Shown in pieces: positions 39,901 to 51,980 of a stretch of 64,000 nucleotides of DNA. The translations under genes were made by a program, and so were the position numbers. The notes under the pieces are model-generated. The model made no database searches. It was not told where the DNA came from and saw only the letters and a list, made by a program, of their open reading frames with translations. Positions within the stretch are counted from its first letter, which is position 1. The number at the start of each line of letters is the position of its first letter. Location of the stretch: positions 620,001-684,000 of the forward strand of contig OZ024744.1 of assembly GCA_964016885.1 (NCBI GenBank). The letters run 5' to 3'. This DNA is from Eledone cirrhosa. Lineage: Eukaryota.

Positions 39901-42900
39901 GGTAGAGAAAGATAGTTGGTGAAGAACGAAGTTTTGAGGGAAGACAAGGTAGAGAAAGATAGCTTGGTGAAGAACGACGTTTTGAGGGAAGACAAGGTAG
40001 AGAAAGATAGCTTGGTGAAGAACGAAGTTTTGGGGGAAGACAAGGTAGAGAAAGATAGCTTGATGAAGTACGAAGTTTTGGGGGAAGACAAGGTAGAGAA
40101 AGATAGCTTGGTGAAGAACGACGTTTTGTGGGAAGACAAGGTAGAGAAACATAGTTGGTGAAGAACGAAGTTTTGAGGGAAGACAAGGTAGAGAAAGATA
40201 GCTTGATGAAGAACGAAGTTTTGAGGGAAGACAAGGTAGAGAAACATAGCTTGATGAAGAACGAAGTTTTGAGGGAAGACAAGGTAGAGAAAGATAGCTT
40301 GATGAAGTACGAAGTTTTGGGGGAAGACAAGGTAGAGAAAGATAGCTTGGTGAAGAACGAAGTTTTGAGGGAAGACAAGGTAGAGAAAGATAGCTTGATG
40401 AAGAACGAAGTTTTGAGGGAAGACAAGGTAGAGAAAGATAGCTTGGTGAAGAACGAAGTTTTGAGGGAAGACAAAGTATAGAAAGATAGCTTGGTGAAGA
40501 ACGAAGTTTTGGGGGAAGACAATGTAGAGAAAGATAGCTTGATGAAGAACGAAGTTTTGGGGGAAGACAAGGTAGAGAAAGATAGCTTGGTGAAGAACGA
40601 AGTTTTGAGGGAAGACAAGGTAGAGAAAGATAGCTTGGTGAAGAACGAAGTTTTGAGGGGAGACAAAGTATAGAAAGATAGTTTGGTGAAGAACGAAGTT
40701 TTGGGGGAAGACAATGTAGAGAAATATAGCTTGGTGAAGAACGAAGTTTTGGGGAAGACAAGGTAGAGAAAGATAGCTTGGTGAAGAACGAAGTTTTGAG
40801 GGAAGACAAGGTAGAGAAAGATAGCTTGGTGAAGAACGAAGTTTTGGGGGAAGACAAGGTAGAGAAAGATAGCTTGGTGAAGAACGAAGTTTTGAGGGAA
40901 GACAAGGTAGAGAAAGATAGCTTGGTGAAGAACGAAGTTTTGGGGGAAGACAAGGTAGAGAAAGATAGCTTGGTGAAGAACGAAGTTTTGAGGGAAGACA
41001 AGGTAGAGAAAGATAGTTGGTAAAGAACGAAGTTTTGAGGGAAGACAAGGTAGAGAAAGATAGCTTGGTGAAGAACGACGTTTTGAGGGAAGACAAGGTA
41101 TAGAAAGATAGCTTGGTGAAGAACGACGTTTTCGGGGAAGAAAAGGTAGAGAAAGATAGCTTGGTGAAGAACAAAGTTTTGGGGGAAGACAAGGTAGAGA
41201 AAGATAGCTTGGTGAAGAACGAAGTTTTGAGGGAAGACTCGGTAGAGAAAGATAGCTTGGTGAAGAACGAAGTTTTGAGGGAAGACAAGGTAGAGAAAGA
41301 TAGCTTGGTGAAGAACGAGGTTTTGAGGGAGGACAATGTAGAGAAAGATAGCTTGGTGAAGAACGAAGTTTTGGGGGAAGACAAGGTAGAGAAAGATAGC
41401 TTGGTGAAGAACGAAGTTTTGGGGGATGACAAAGTAGAGAAAGATAGCTTGGTGAAGAACGAAGTTTTGGGGGAAGACAAGGTAGAGAAAGATAGCTTGA
41501 TGAAGAACGATGTTTTGGGGGAAGACAAGGAAGAGAAAGATAGCTTGGTGAAGAACGAAGTTTTGAGGGAAGACAAGGTAGAGAAAGATAGCTTGGTGAA
41601 GAACGAAGTTTTGGGGGAAGACAAGGTAGAGAAAGATAGCTTGGTGAAGAACGAAGTTTTGCGGGAAGACAAGGTAGAGAAATATAGCTCGGTGAAGAAC
41701 GAAGTTTTGAGGGAAGACAAGGTAGAGAAAGATAGCTTGGTGAAGAACGAGGTTTTGGGGGAAGACAAGGTAGAGAAAGATAGCTTGGTGAAGAACGAAG
41801 TTTTGAGGAAGACAAGGTAGAGAAAGATAGCTTGGTGAAGAACGAAGTTATGAGGGAAGACAAGGTAGAGAAAGATAGTTGGTGAAGAACGAAGTTTTGA
41901 GGGAAGACAAGGTAGAGAAAGATAGCTTGGTGAAGAACGACGTTTTGAGGGAAGACAAGGTAGAGAAAGATAGCTTGGTGAAGAACGAAGTTTTGGGGGA
42001 AGACAAGGTAGAGAAAGATAGCTTGATGAAGTACGAAGTTATGGGGGAAGACAAGGTAGAGAAAGATAGCTTGGTGAAGAACGACGTTTTGTGGGAAGAC
42101 AAGGTAGAGAAACATAGTTGGTGAAGAACGAAGTTTTGAGGGAAGACAAGGTAGAGAAAGATAGCTTGATGAAGAACGAAGTTTTGAGGGAAGACAAGGT
42201 AGAGAAAGATAGCTTGGTGAAGAACGAAGTTTTGAGGGAAGACAAGGTAGAGAAAGATAGCTTGATGAAGAACGAAGTTTTGAGGGAAGACAAGGTAGAG
42301 AAAGATAGCTTGATGAAGTACGAAGTTTTGGGGGAAGACAAGGTAGAGAAAGATAGCTTGGTGAAGAACGAAGTTTTGAGGGAAGACAAGGTAGAGAAAG
42401 ATAGCTTGATGAAGAACGAAGTTTTGAGGGAAGACAAGGTAGAGAAAGATAGCTTGGTGAAGAACGAAGTTTTGAGGGAAGACAAAGTATAGAAAGATAG
42501 CTTGGTGAAGAACGAAGTTTTGGGGAAGACAATGTAGAGAAAGATAGCTTGATGAAGAACGAAGTTTTGGGGGAAGACAAGGTAGAGAAAGATAGCTTGG
42601 TGAAGAACGAAGTTTTGAGGAAAGACAAGGTAGAGAAAGATAGCTTGGTGAAGAACGAAGTTTTGAGGGGAGACAAAGTATAGAAAGATAGCTTGGTGAA
42701 GAACGAAGTTTTGGGGGAAGACAATGTAGAGGAAGATAGCTTGATGAAGAACGAAGTTTTGGGGAAGACAAGGTAGAGAAAGATAGCTTGGTGAAGAACG
42801 AAGTTTTGAGGGAAGACAAGGTAGAGAAAGATAGCTTGGTGAAGAACGAAGTTTTCGGGGAAGACAAGGTAGAGAAAGATAGCTTGGTGAAGAACGAAGT

Positions 42901-45900
42901 TTTGAGGGAAGACAAGGTAGAGAAAGATAGCTTGGTGAAGAACGAAGTTTTGGGGGAAGACAAGGTAGAGAAAGATAGCTTGGTGAAGAACGAAGTTTTG
43001 AGGGAAGACAAGGTAGAGAAAGATAGTTGGTAAAGAACGAAGTTTTGAGGGAAGACAAGGTAGAGAAAGATAGCTTGGTGAAGAACGACGTTTTGAGGGA
43101 AGACAAGGTATAGAAAGATAGCTTGGTGAAGAACGACGTTTTCGGGGAAGAAAAGGTAGAGAAAGATAGCTTGGTGAAGAACAAAGTTTTGGGGGAAGAC
43201 AAGGTAGAGAAAGATAGCTTGGTGAAGAACGAAGTATTGAGGGAAGACTCGGTAGAGAAAGATAGCTTGGTGAAGAACGAAGTTTTGAGGGAAGACAAGG
43301 TAGAGAAAGATAGCTTGGTGAAGAACGAGGTTTTGAGGGAAGACAATGTAGAGAAAGATAGCTTGGTGAAGAACGAAGTTTTGGGGGAAGGCAAGGTAGA
43401 GAAAGATAGCTTGGTGAAGAACGAAGTTTTGGGGGATGACAAAGTAGAGAAAGATAGCTTGGTGAAGAACGAAGTTTTGGGGGAAGACAAGGTAGAGAAA
43501 GATAGCTGGATGAAGAACGAAGTTTTGGGGGAAGACAAGGAAGAGAAAGATAGCTTGGTGAAGAACGAAGTTTTGAGGGAAGACAAGGTAGAGAAAGATA
43601 GCTTGGTGAAGAACGAAGTTTTGGGGGAAGACAAGGTAGAGAAAGATAGCTTGGTGAAGAACGAAGTTTTGCGGGAAGACAAGGTAGAGAAATATAGCTC
43701 GGTGAAGAACGAAGTTTTGAGGGAAGACAAGGTAGAGAAAGATAGATTGGTGAAGAACGAAGTTTTGGGGGAAGACAAGGTAGAGAAAGATAGCTTGGTG
43801 AAGAACGAAGTTTTGAGGAAGACAAGGTAGAGAAAGATAGCTTGGTGAAGAACGAAGTTTTGGGGGAAGACAAGGTAGAGAAAGATAGCTTGGTGAAGAA
43901 CGAAGTTTTGAGGGAAGACAAGGTAGAGAAAGATAGCTTGGTGAAGAACGACGTTTTGAGGGAAGACAAGGTAGAGAAAGATAGCTTGGTGAAGAACGAA
44001 GTTTTGGGGGAAGACAAGGTAGAGAAAGATAGCTTGGTGAAGAACGAAGTTTTGAGGGAAGACAAGGTAGAGAAAGATAGCTTGGTGAAGAACGACGTTT
44101 TGTGGGAAGACAAGGTAGAGAAACATAGTTGGTGAAGAACGAAGTTTTGAGGGAAGACAAGGTAGAGAAAGATAGCTTGATGAAGAACGAGGTTTTGAGG
44201 GAAGACAATGTAGAGAAAGATAGCTTGGTGAAGAACGAAGTTTTGAGGTAAGACAAGGTAGAGAAAGATAGCTTGATGAAGAACGAAGTTTTGAGGGAAG
44301 ACAAGGTAGAGAAAGATAGCTTGATGAAGTACGAAGTTTTGGGGGAAGACAAGGTAGAGAAAGATAGCTTGGTGAAGAACGAAGTTTTGAGGGAAGACAA
44401 GGTAGAGAAAGATAGCTTGATGAAGAACGAAGTTTTGAGGGAAGACAAGGTAGAGAAAGATAGCTTGGTGAAGAACGAAGTTTTGAGGGAAGACAAAGTA
44501 TAGAAAGATAGCTTGGTGAAGAACGAAGTTTTGGGGGAAGACAATGTAGAGAAAGATAGCTTGATGAAGAACGAAGTTCTGGGGGAAGACAAGGTAGAGA
44601 AAGATAGCTTGGTGAAGAACGAAGTTTTGAGGGAAGACAAGGTAGAGAAAGATAGCTTGGTGAAGAACGAAGTTTTCGGGGAAGACAAGGTAGAGAAAGA
44701 TAGCTTGGTGAAGAACGAAGTTTTGAGGGAAGACAAGGTAGAGAAAGATAGCTTGGTGAAGAACGAAGTTTTGAGGGAAGACAAGGTAGAGAAAGATAGC
44801 TTGGTGAAGAACGAAGTTTTCGGGGAAGACAAGGTAGAGAAAGATAGCTTGGTGAAGAACGAAGTTTTGAGGGAAGACAAGGTAGAGAAAGATAGCTTGG
44901 TGAAGAACGAAGTTTTGGGGGAAGACAAGGTAGAGAAAGATAGCTTGGTGAAGAACGAAGTTTTGAGGGAAGACAAGGTAGAGAAAGATAGTTGGTAAAG
45001 AACGAAGTTTTGAGGGAAGACAAGGTAGAGAAAGATAGCTTGGTGAAGAACGACGTTTTGAGGGAAGACAAGGTATAGAAAGATAGCTTGGTGAAGAACG
45101 ACGTTTTCGGGGAAGAAAAGGTAGAGAAAGATAGCTTGGTGAAGAACAAAGTTTTGGGGGAAGACAAGGTAGAGAAAGATAGCTTGGTGAAGAACGAAGT
45201 ATTGAGGGAAGACTCGGTAGAGAAAGATAGCTTGGTGAAGAACGAAGTTTTGAGGGAAGACAAGGTAGAGAAAGATAGCTTGGTGAAGAACGAGGTTTTG
45301 AGGGAAGACAATGTAGAGAAAGATAGCTTGGTGAAGAACGAAGTTTTGGGGGAAGGCAAGGTAGAGAAAGATAGCTTGGTGAAGAACGAAGTTTTGGGGG
45401 ATGACAAAGTAGAGAAAGATAGCTTGGTGAAGAACGAAGTTTTGGGGGAAGACAAGGTAGAGAAAGATAGCTTGATGAAGAACGAAGTTTTGGGGGAAGA
45501 CAAGGAAGAGAAAGATAGCTTGGTGAAGAACGAAGTTTTGAGGGAAGACAAGGTAGAGAAAGATAGCATGGTGAAGAACGAAGTTTTGGGGGAAGACAAG
45601 GTAGAGAAAGATAGCTTGGTGAAGAACGAAGTTTTGCGGGAAGACAAGGTAGAGAAATATAGCTCGGTGAAGAACGAAGTTTTGAGGGAAGACAAGGTAG
45701 AGAAAGATAGATTGGTGAAGAACGAAGTTCTGGGGGAAGACAAGGTAGAGAAAGATAGCTTGGTGAAGAACGAAGTTTTGAGGAAGACAAGGTAGAGAAA
45801 GATAGCTTGGTGAAGAACGAAGTGTTGGGGGAAGACAAGGTAGAGAAAGATAGCTTGGTGAAGAACGAAGTTTTGAGGGAAGACAAGGTAGAGAAAGATA

Positions 45901-46300
45901 GCTTGGTGAAGAACGACGTTTTGAGGGAAGACAAGGTAGAGAAAGATAGCTTGGTGAAGAACGAAGTTTTGGGGGAAGACAAGGTAGAGAAAGATAGCTT
46001 GGTGAAGAACGAAGTTTTGAGGGAGGACAAGGTAGAGAAAGATAGCTTGGTGAAGAACGACGTTTTGTGAGAAGACAAGGTAGAGAAACATAGTTGGTGA
46101 AGAACGAAGTTTTGAGGGAAGACAAGGTAGAGAAAGATAGCTTGATGAAGAACGAGGTTTTGAGGGAAGACAAGGTAGAGAAAGATAGCTTGGTGAAGAA
46201 CGAAGTTTTGAGGTAAGACAAGGTAGAGAAAGATAGCTTGATGAAGAACGAAGTTTTGAGGGAAGACAAGGTAGAGAAAGATAGCTTGGTGAAGAACGAA
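37000..46300. repeat. Run of about 2-kb higher-order units (40-43 monomers each)
   Basis: The marker monomer GACGTTTTCGGGGAAGAAAAGG starts units at 37141, 39199, 41113, 43123 and 45088 (spacings 2058, 1914, 2010, 1965), each followed by a similar ordered series of variants. Confidence 0.85.
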
Positions 46301-46889
46301 GTTTTGAGGGAAGACAAAGTATAGAAAGATAGCTTGGTGAAGAACGAAGTTTTGGGGGAAGACAAGGTAGAGAAAGATAGCTTGGTGAAGAACGAAGTTT
46401 TGAGGGAAGACAAGGTAGAGAAAGATAGCTTGGTGAAGAACGAAGTTTTGGGGGAAGACAAGGTAGAGAAAGATAGCTTGGTGAAGAACGAAGTTTTGAG
46501 GGAAGACAAGGTAGAGAAAGATAGCTTGGTGAAGAACGAAGTTTTGGGGGAAGACAAGGTAGAGAAAGATAGCTTGGTGAAGAACGAAGTTTTGAGGGAA
46601 GACAAGGTAGAGAAAGATAGTTGGTGAAGAACGAAATTTTGAGGGAAGACAAGGTAGAGAAAAATAGCTTGGTGAAGAACGACGTTTTGAGGGAAGACAA
46701 GGTAGAGAAAGATAGCTTGGTGAAGAACGAAGTTTTGGGGGAAGACAAGGTAGAGAAAGATAGCTTGATGAAGTACGAAGTTTTGGGGGAAAACAAGGTA
46801 GAGAAAGATAGCTTGGTGAAGAACGACGTTTTGAGGGAAGACAAGGTAGAGAAAGATAGCTTGGTGAAGAACGAAGTTTTGGGGGAAGA

Positions 46890-49800
46890 CAAGGTAGAGA
46901 AAGATAGCTTCATGAAGAACGAAGTTTTGAGGGAAGACAAGGTAGAGAAAGATAGCTTGGTGAAGAACGAAGTTTTGAGGGTAGACAAAGTATAGAAAGA
47001 TAGCTTGGTGAAGAACGAAGTTTTGGGGGAAGACAATGTAGAGAAAGATAGCTTGATGAAGAACGAAGTTTTGGGGGAAGACAAGGAAGAGAAAGATAGC
47101 TTGGTGAAGAACGAAGTTTTGCGGGAAGACAAGGTAGAGAAATATAGCTCGGTGAAGAACGAAGTTTTGAGGGAAGACAAGGTAGAGAAAGATAGCTTGG
47201 TGAAGAACGAAGTTTTGGGGGAAGACAAGGTAGAGAAAGATAGCTTGGTGAAGAACGAAGTTTTGGGGAAGACAAGGTAGAGAAAGATAGCTTGGTGAAG
47301 AACGAAGTTATGAGGGAAGACAGGGTAGAGAAAGATAGTTGGTGAAGAACGAAGTTTTGAGGGAAGACAAGGTAGAGAAAGATAGCTTGGTGAAGAACGA
47401 AGTTTTGGGCGAAGACAATCTAGAGAAAGATAGGTTGGTGAAGAACGAAGTTTTGAGGGAAGACAAGGTAGAGAAAGATAGCTTGGTGAAGAACGAAGTT
47501 TTGGGGGAAGACAAGGTAGAGAAAGATAGCTTGGTGAAGAACGAAGTTTTGAGGGAAGACAAGGTAGAGAAAGATAGTTGGTGAAGAACGAAGTTTTGAG
47601 GGAAGACAAGGTAGAGAAAGATAGCTTGGTGAAGAACGACGTTTTGAGGGAAGACAAGGTAGAGAAAGATAGCTTGGTGAAGAACGAAGTTTTGGGGGAA
47701 GACAAGGTAGAGAAAGATAGCTTGATGAAGTACGAAGTTTTGGGGGAAGACAAGGTAGAGAAAGATAGCTTGGTGAAGAACGACGTTTTGTGGGAAGACA
47801 AGGTAGAGAAACATAGTTGGTGAAGAACGAAGTTTTGAGGGAAGACAAGGTAGAGAAAGATAGCTTGATGAAGTACGAAGTTTTGGGGGAAGACAAGGTA
47901 GAGAAAGATAGCTTTGTGAAGAACGAAGTTTTGAGGGAAGACAAGGTAGAGAAAGATAGCTTGATGAAGAACGAAGTTTTGAGGGAAGACAAGGTAGAGA
48001 AAGATAGCTTGGTGAAGAACAAAGTTTTGAGGGGAGACAAAGTATAGAAAGATAGCTTGGTGAAGAACGAAGTTTTGGGGGAAGACAATGTAGAGAAAGA
48101 TAGCTTGATGAAGAACGAAGTTTTGGGGAAGACAAGGTAGAGAAAGATAGCTTGGTGAAGAACGAAGTTTTGAGGGAAGACAAGGTAGAGAAAGATAGCT
48201 TGGTGAAGAACGAAGTTTTGGGGGAAGACAAGGTAGAGAAAGATAGCTTGGTGAAGAACGAAGTTTTGAGGGAAGACAAGGTAGAGAAAGATAGCTTGGT
48301 GAAGAACGAAGTTTTGGGGGAAGACAAGGTAGAGAAAGATAGCTTGGTGAAGAACGAAGTTTTGAGGGAAGACAAGGTAGAGAAAGATAGTTGGTAAAGA
48401 ACGAAGTTTTGAAGGAAGACAAGGTAGAGAAAGATAGCTTGGTGAAGAACGACGTTTTGAGGGAAGACAAGGTAGAGAAAGATAGCTTGGTGAAGAACAA
48501 AGTTTTGGGGGAAGACAAGGTAGAGAAAGATAGCTTGGTGAAGAACGAAGTATTGAGGGAAGACTCGGTAGAGAAAGATAGCTTGGTGAAGAACGAAGTT
48601 TTGAGGGAAGACAAGGTAGAGAAAGATAGCTTGGTGAAGAACGAGGTTTTGAGGGAAGACAATGTAGAGAAAGATAGCTTGGTGAAGAACGAAGTTTTGG
48701 GGGAAGACAAGGTAGAGAAAGATAGCTTGGTGAAGAACAAAGTTTTGGGGGATGACAAAGTAGAGAAAGATAGCTTGGTGAAGAACGAAGTTTTGGGGGA
48801 AGACAAGGTAGAGAAAGATAGCTTGATGAAGAACGAAGTTTTAGGGGAAGACAAGGAAGAGAAAGATAGCTTGGTGAAGAACGAAGTTTTGAGGGAAGAC
48901 AAGGTAGAGAAAGATAGCTTGGTGAAGAACGAACTTTTGGGGGAAGACAAGGTAGAGAAAGATAGCTTGGTGAAGAACGAAGTTTTGAGGGAAGACAAGG
49001 TAGAGAAAGATAGCTTGGTGAAGAACGAAGTTTTGAGGAAGACAAGGTAGAGAAAGATAGCTTGGTGAAGAACGAAGTTATGAGGGAAGACAAGGTAGAG
49101 AAAGATAGTTGGTGAAGAACGAAGTTTTGAGGGAAGACAAGGTAGAGAAAGATAGCTTGGTGAAGAACGACGTTTTGAGGGAAGACAAGGTAGAGAAAGA
49201 TAGCTTGGTGAAGAACGAAGTTTTGGGGGAAGACAAGGTAGAGAAAGATAGCTTGATGAAGTACGAAGTTTTGGGGGAAGACAAGGTAGAGAAAGATAGC
49301 TTGGTGAAGAACGACGTTTTGTGGGAAGACAAGGTAGAGAAACATAGTTGGTGAAGAACGAAGTTTTGAGGGAAGACAAGGTAGAGAAAGATAGCTTGAT
49401 GAAGAACGAAGTTTTTAGGGAAGACAAGGTAGAGAAAGATAGCTTGGTGAAGAACGAAGTTTTGAGGGAAGACAAGGTAGAGAAAGATAGCTTCATGAAG
49501 AACGAAGTTTTGAGGGAAGACAAGGTAGAGAAAGATAGCTTGGTGAAGAACGAAGTTTTGAGGGTAGACAAAGTATAGAAAGATAGCTTGGTGAAGAACG
49601 AAGTTTTGGGGGAAGACAATGTAGAGAAAGATAGCTTGATGAAGAACGAAGTTTTGGGGGAAGACAAGGAAGAGAAAGATAGCTTGGTGAAGAACGAAGT
49701 TTTGCGGGAAGACAAGGTAGAGAAATATAGCTCGGTGAAGAACGAAGTTTTGAGGGAAGACAAGGTAGAGAAAGATAGCTTGGTGAAGAACGAAGTTTTG

Positions 49801-51980
49801 GGGGAAGACAAGGTAGAGAAAGATAGCTTGGTGAAGAACGAAGTTTTGGGGAAGACAAGGTAGAGAAAGATAGCTTGGTGAAGAACGAAGTTATGAGGGA
49901 AGACAGGGTAGAGAAAGATAGTTGGTGAAGAACGAAGTTTTGAGGGAAGACAAGGTAGAGAAAGATAGCTTGGTGAAGAACGAAGTTTTGGGCGAAGACA
50001 ATCTAGAGAAAGATAGGTTGGTGAAGAACGAAGTTTTGAGGGAAGACAAGGTAGAGAAAGATAGCTTGGTGAAGAACGAAGTTTTGGGGGAAGACAAGGT
50101 AGAGAAAGATAGCTTGGTGAAGAACGAAGTTTTGAGGGAAGACAAGGTAGAGAAAGATAGTTGGTGAAGAACGAAGTTTTGAGGGAAGACAAGGTAGAGA
50201 AAGATAGCTTGGTGAAGAACGACGTTTTGAGGGAAGACAAGGTAGAGAAAGATAGCTTGGTGAAGAACGAAGTTTTGGGGGAAGACAAGGTAGAGAAAGA
50301 TAGCTTGATGAAGTACGAAGTTTTGGGGGAAGACAAGGTAGAGAAAGATAGCTTGGTGAAGAACGACGTTTTGTGGGAAGACAAGGTAGAGAAACATAGT
50401 TGGTGAAGAACGAAGTTTTGAGGGAAGACAAGGTAGAGAAAGATAGCTTGATGAAGTACGAAGTTTTGGGGGAAGACAAGGTAGAGAAAGATAGCTTGGT
50501 GAAGAACGAAGTTTTGAGGGAAGACAAGGTAGAGAAAGATAGCTTGATGAAGAACGAAGTTTTGAGGGAAGACAAGGTAGAGAAAGATAGCTTGGTGAAG
50601 AACAAAGTTTTGAGGGGAGACAAAGTATAGAAAGATAGCTTGGTGAAGAACGAAGTTTTGGGGGAAGACAATGTAGAGAAAGATAGCTTGATGAAGAACG
50701 AAGTTTTGGGGAAGACAAGGTAGAGAAAGATAGCTTGGTGAAGAACGAAGTTTTGAGGGAAGACAAGGTAGAGAAAGATAGCTTGGTGAAGAACGAAGTT
50801 TTGGGGGAAGACAAGGTAGAGAAAGATAGCTTGGTGAAGAACGAAGTTTTGAGGGAAGACAAGGTAGAGAAAGATAGCTTGGTGAAGAACGAAGTTTTGG
50901 GGGAAGACAAGGTAGAGAAAGATAGCTTGGTGAAGAACGAAGTTTTGAGGGAAGACAAGGTAGAGAAAGATAGTTGGTAAAGAACGAAGTTTTGAAGGAA
51001 GACAAGGTAGAGAAAGATAGCTTGGTGAAGAACGACGTTTTGAGGGAAGACAAGGTATAGAAAGATAGCTTGGTGAAGAACGACGTTTTCGGGGAAGAAA
51101 AGGTAGAGAAAGATAGCTTGGTGAAGAACAAAGTTTTGGGGGAAGACAAGGTAGAGAAAGATAGCTTGGTGAAGAACGAAGTATTGAGGGAAGACTCGGT
51201 AGAGAAAGATAGCTTGGTGAAGAACGAAGTTTTGAGGGAAGACAAGGTAGAGAAAGATAGCTTGGTGAAGAACGAGGTTTTGAGGGAAGACAATGTAGAG
51301 AAAGATAGCTTGGTGAAGAACGAAGTTTTGGGGGAAGACAAGGTAGAGAAAGATAGCTTGGTGAAGAACAAAGTTTTGGGGGATGACAAAGTAGAGAAAG
51401 ATAGCTTGGTGAAGAACGAAGTTTTGGGGGAAGACAAGGTAGAGAAAGATAGCTTGATGAAGAACGAAGTTTTAGGGGAAGACAAGGAAGAGAAAGATAG
51501 CTTGGTGAAGAACGAAGTTTTGAGGGAAGACAAGGTAGAGAAAGATAGCTTGGTGAAGAACGAACTTTTGGGGGAAGACAAGGTAGAGAAAGATAGCTTG
51601 GTGAAGAACGAAGTTTTGAGGGAAGACAAGGTAGAGAAAGATAGCTTGGTGAAGAACGAAGTTTTGAGGAAGACAAGGTAGAGAAAGATAGCTTGGTGAA
51701 GAACGAAGTTATGAGGGAAGACAAGGTAGAGAAAGATAGTTGGTGAAGAACGAAGTTTTGAGGGAAGACAAGGTAGAGAAAGATAGCTTGGTGAAGAACG
51801 ACGTTTTGAGGGAAGACAAGGTAGAGAAAGATAGCTTGGTGAAGAACGAAGTTTTGGGGGAAGACAAGGTAGAGAAAGATAGCTTGATGAAGTACGAAGT
51901 TTTGGGGGAAGACAAGGTAGAGAAAGATAGCTTGGTGAAGAACGACGTTTTGTGGGAAGACAAGGTAGAGAAACATAGTT
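46890..51980. repeat. Tandem higher-order duplication, 2583-bp period (54 monomers)
   Basis: Pairs 47005/49588, 47339/49922, 47578/50161, 47817/50400 and 48152/50735 have offset 2583. Shared rare variants are CTTCATG, GGGTAGACAAAG and GGGCGAAGACAATCTAG. Confidence 0.88.
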
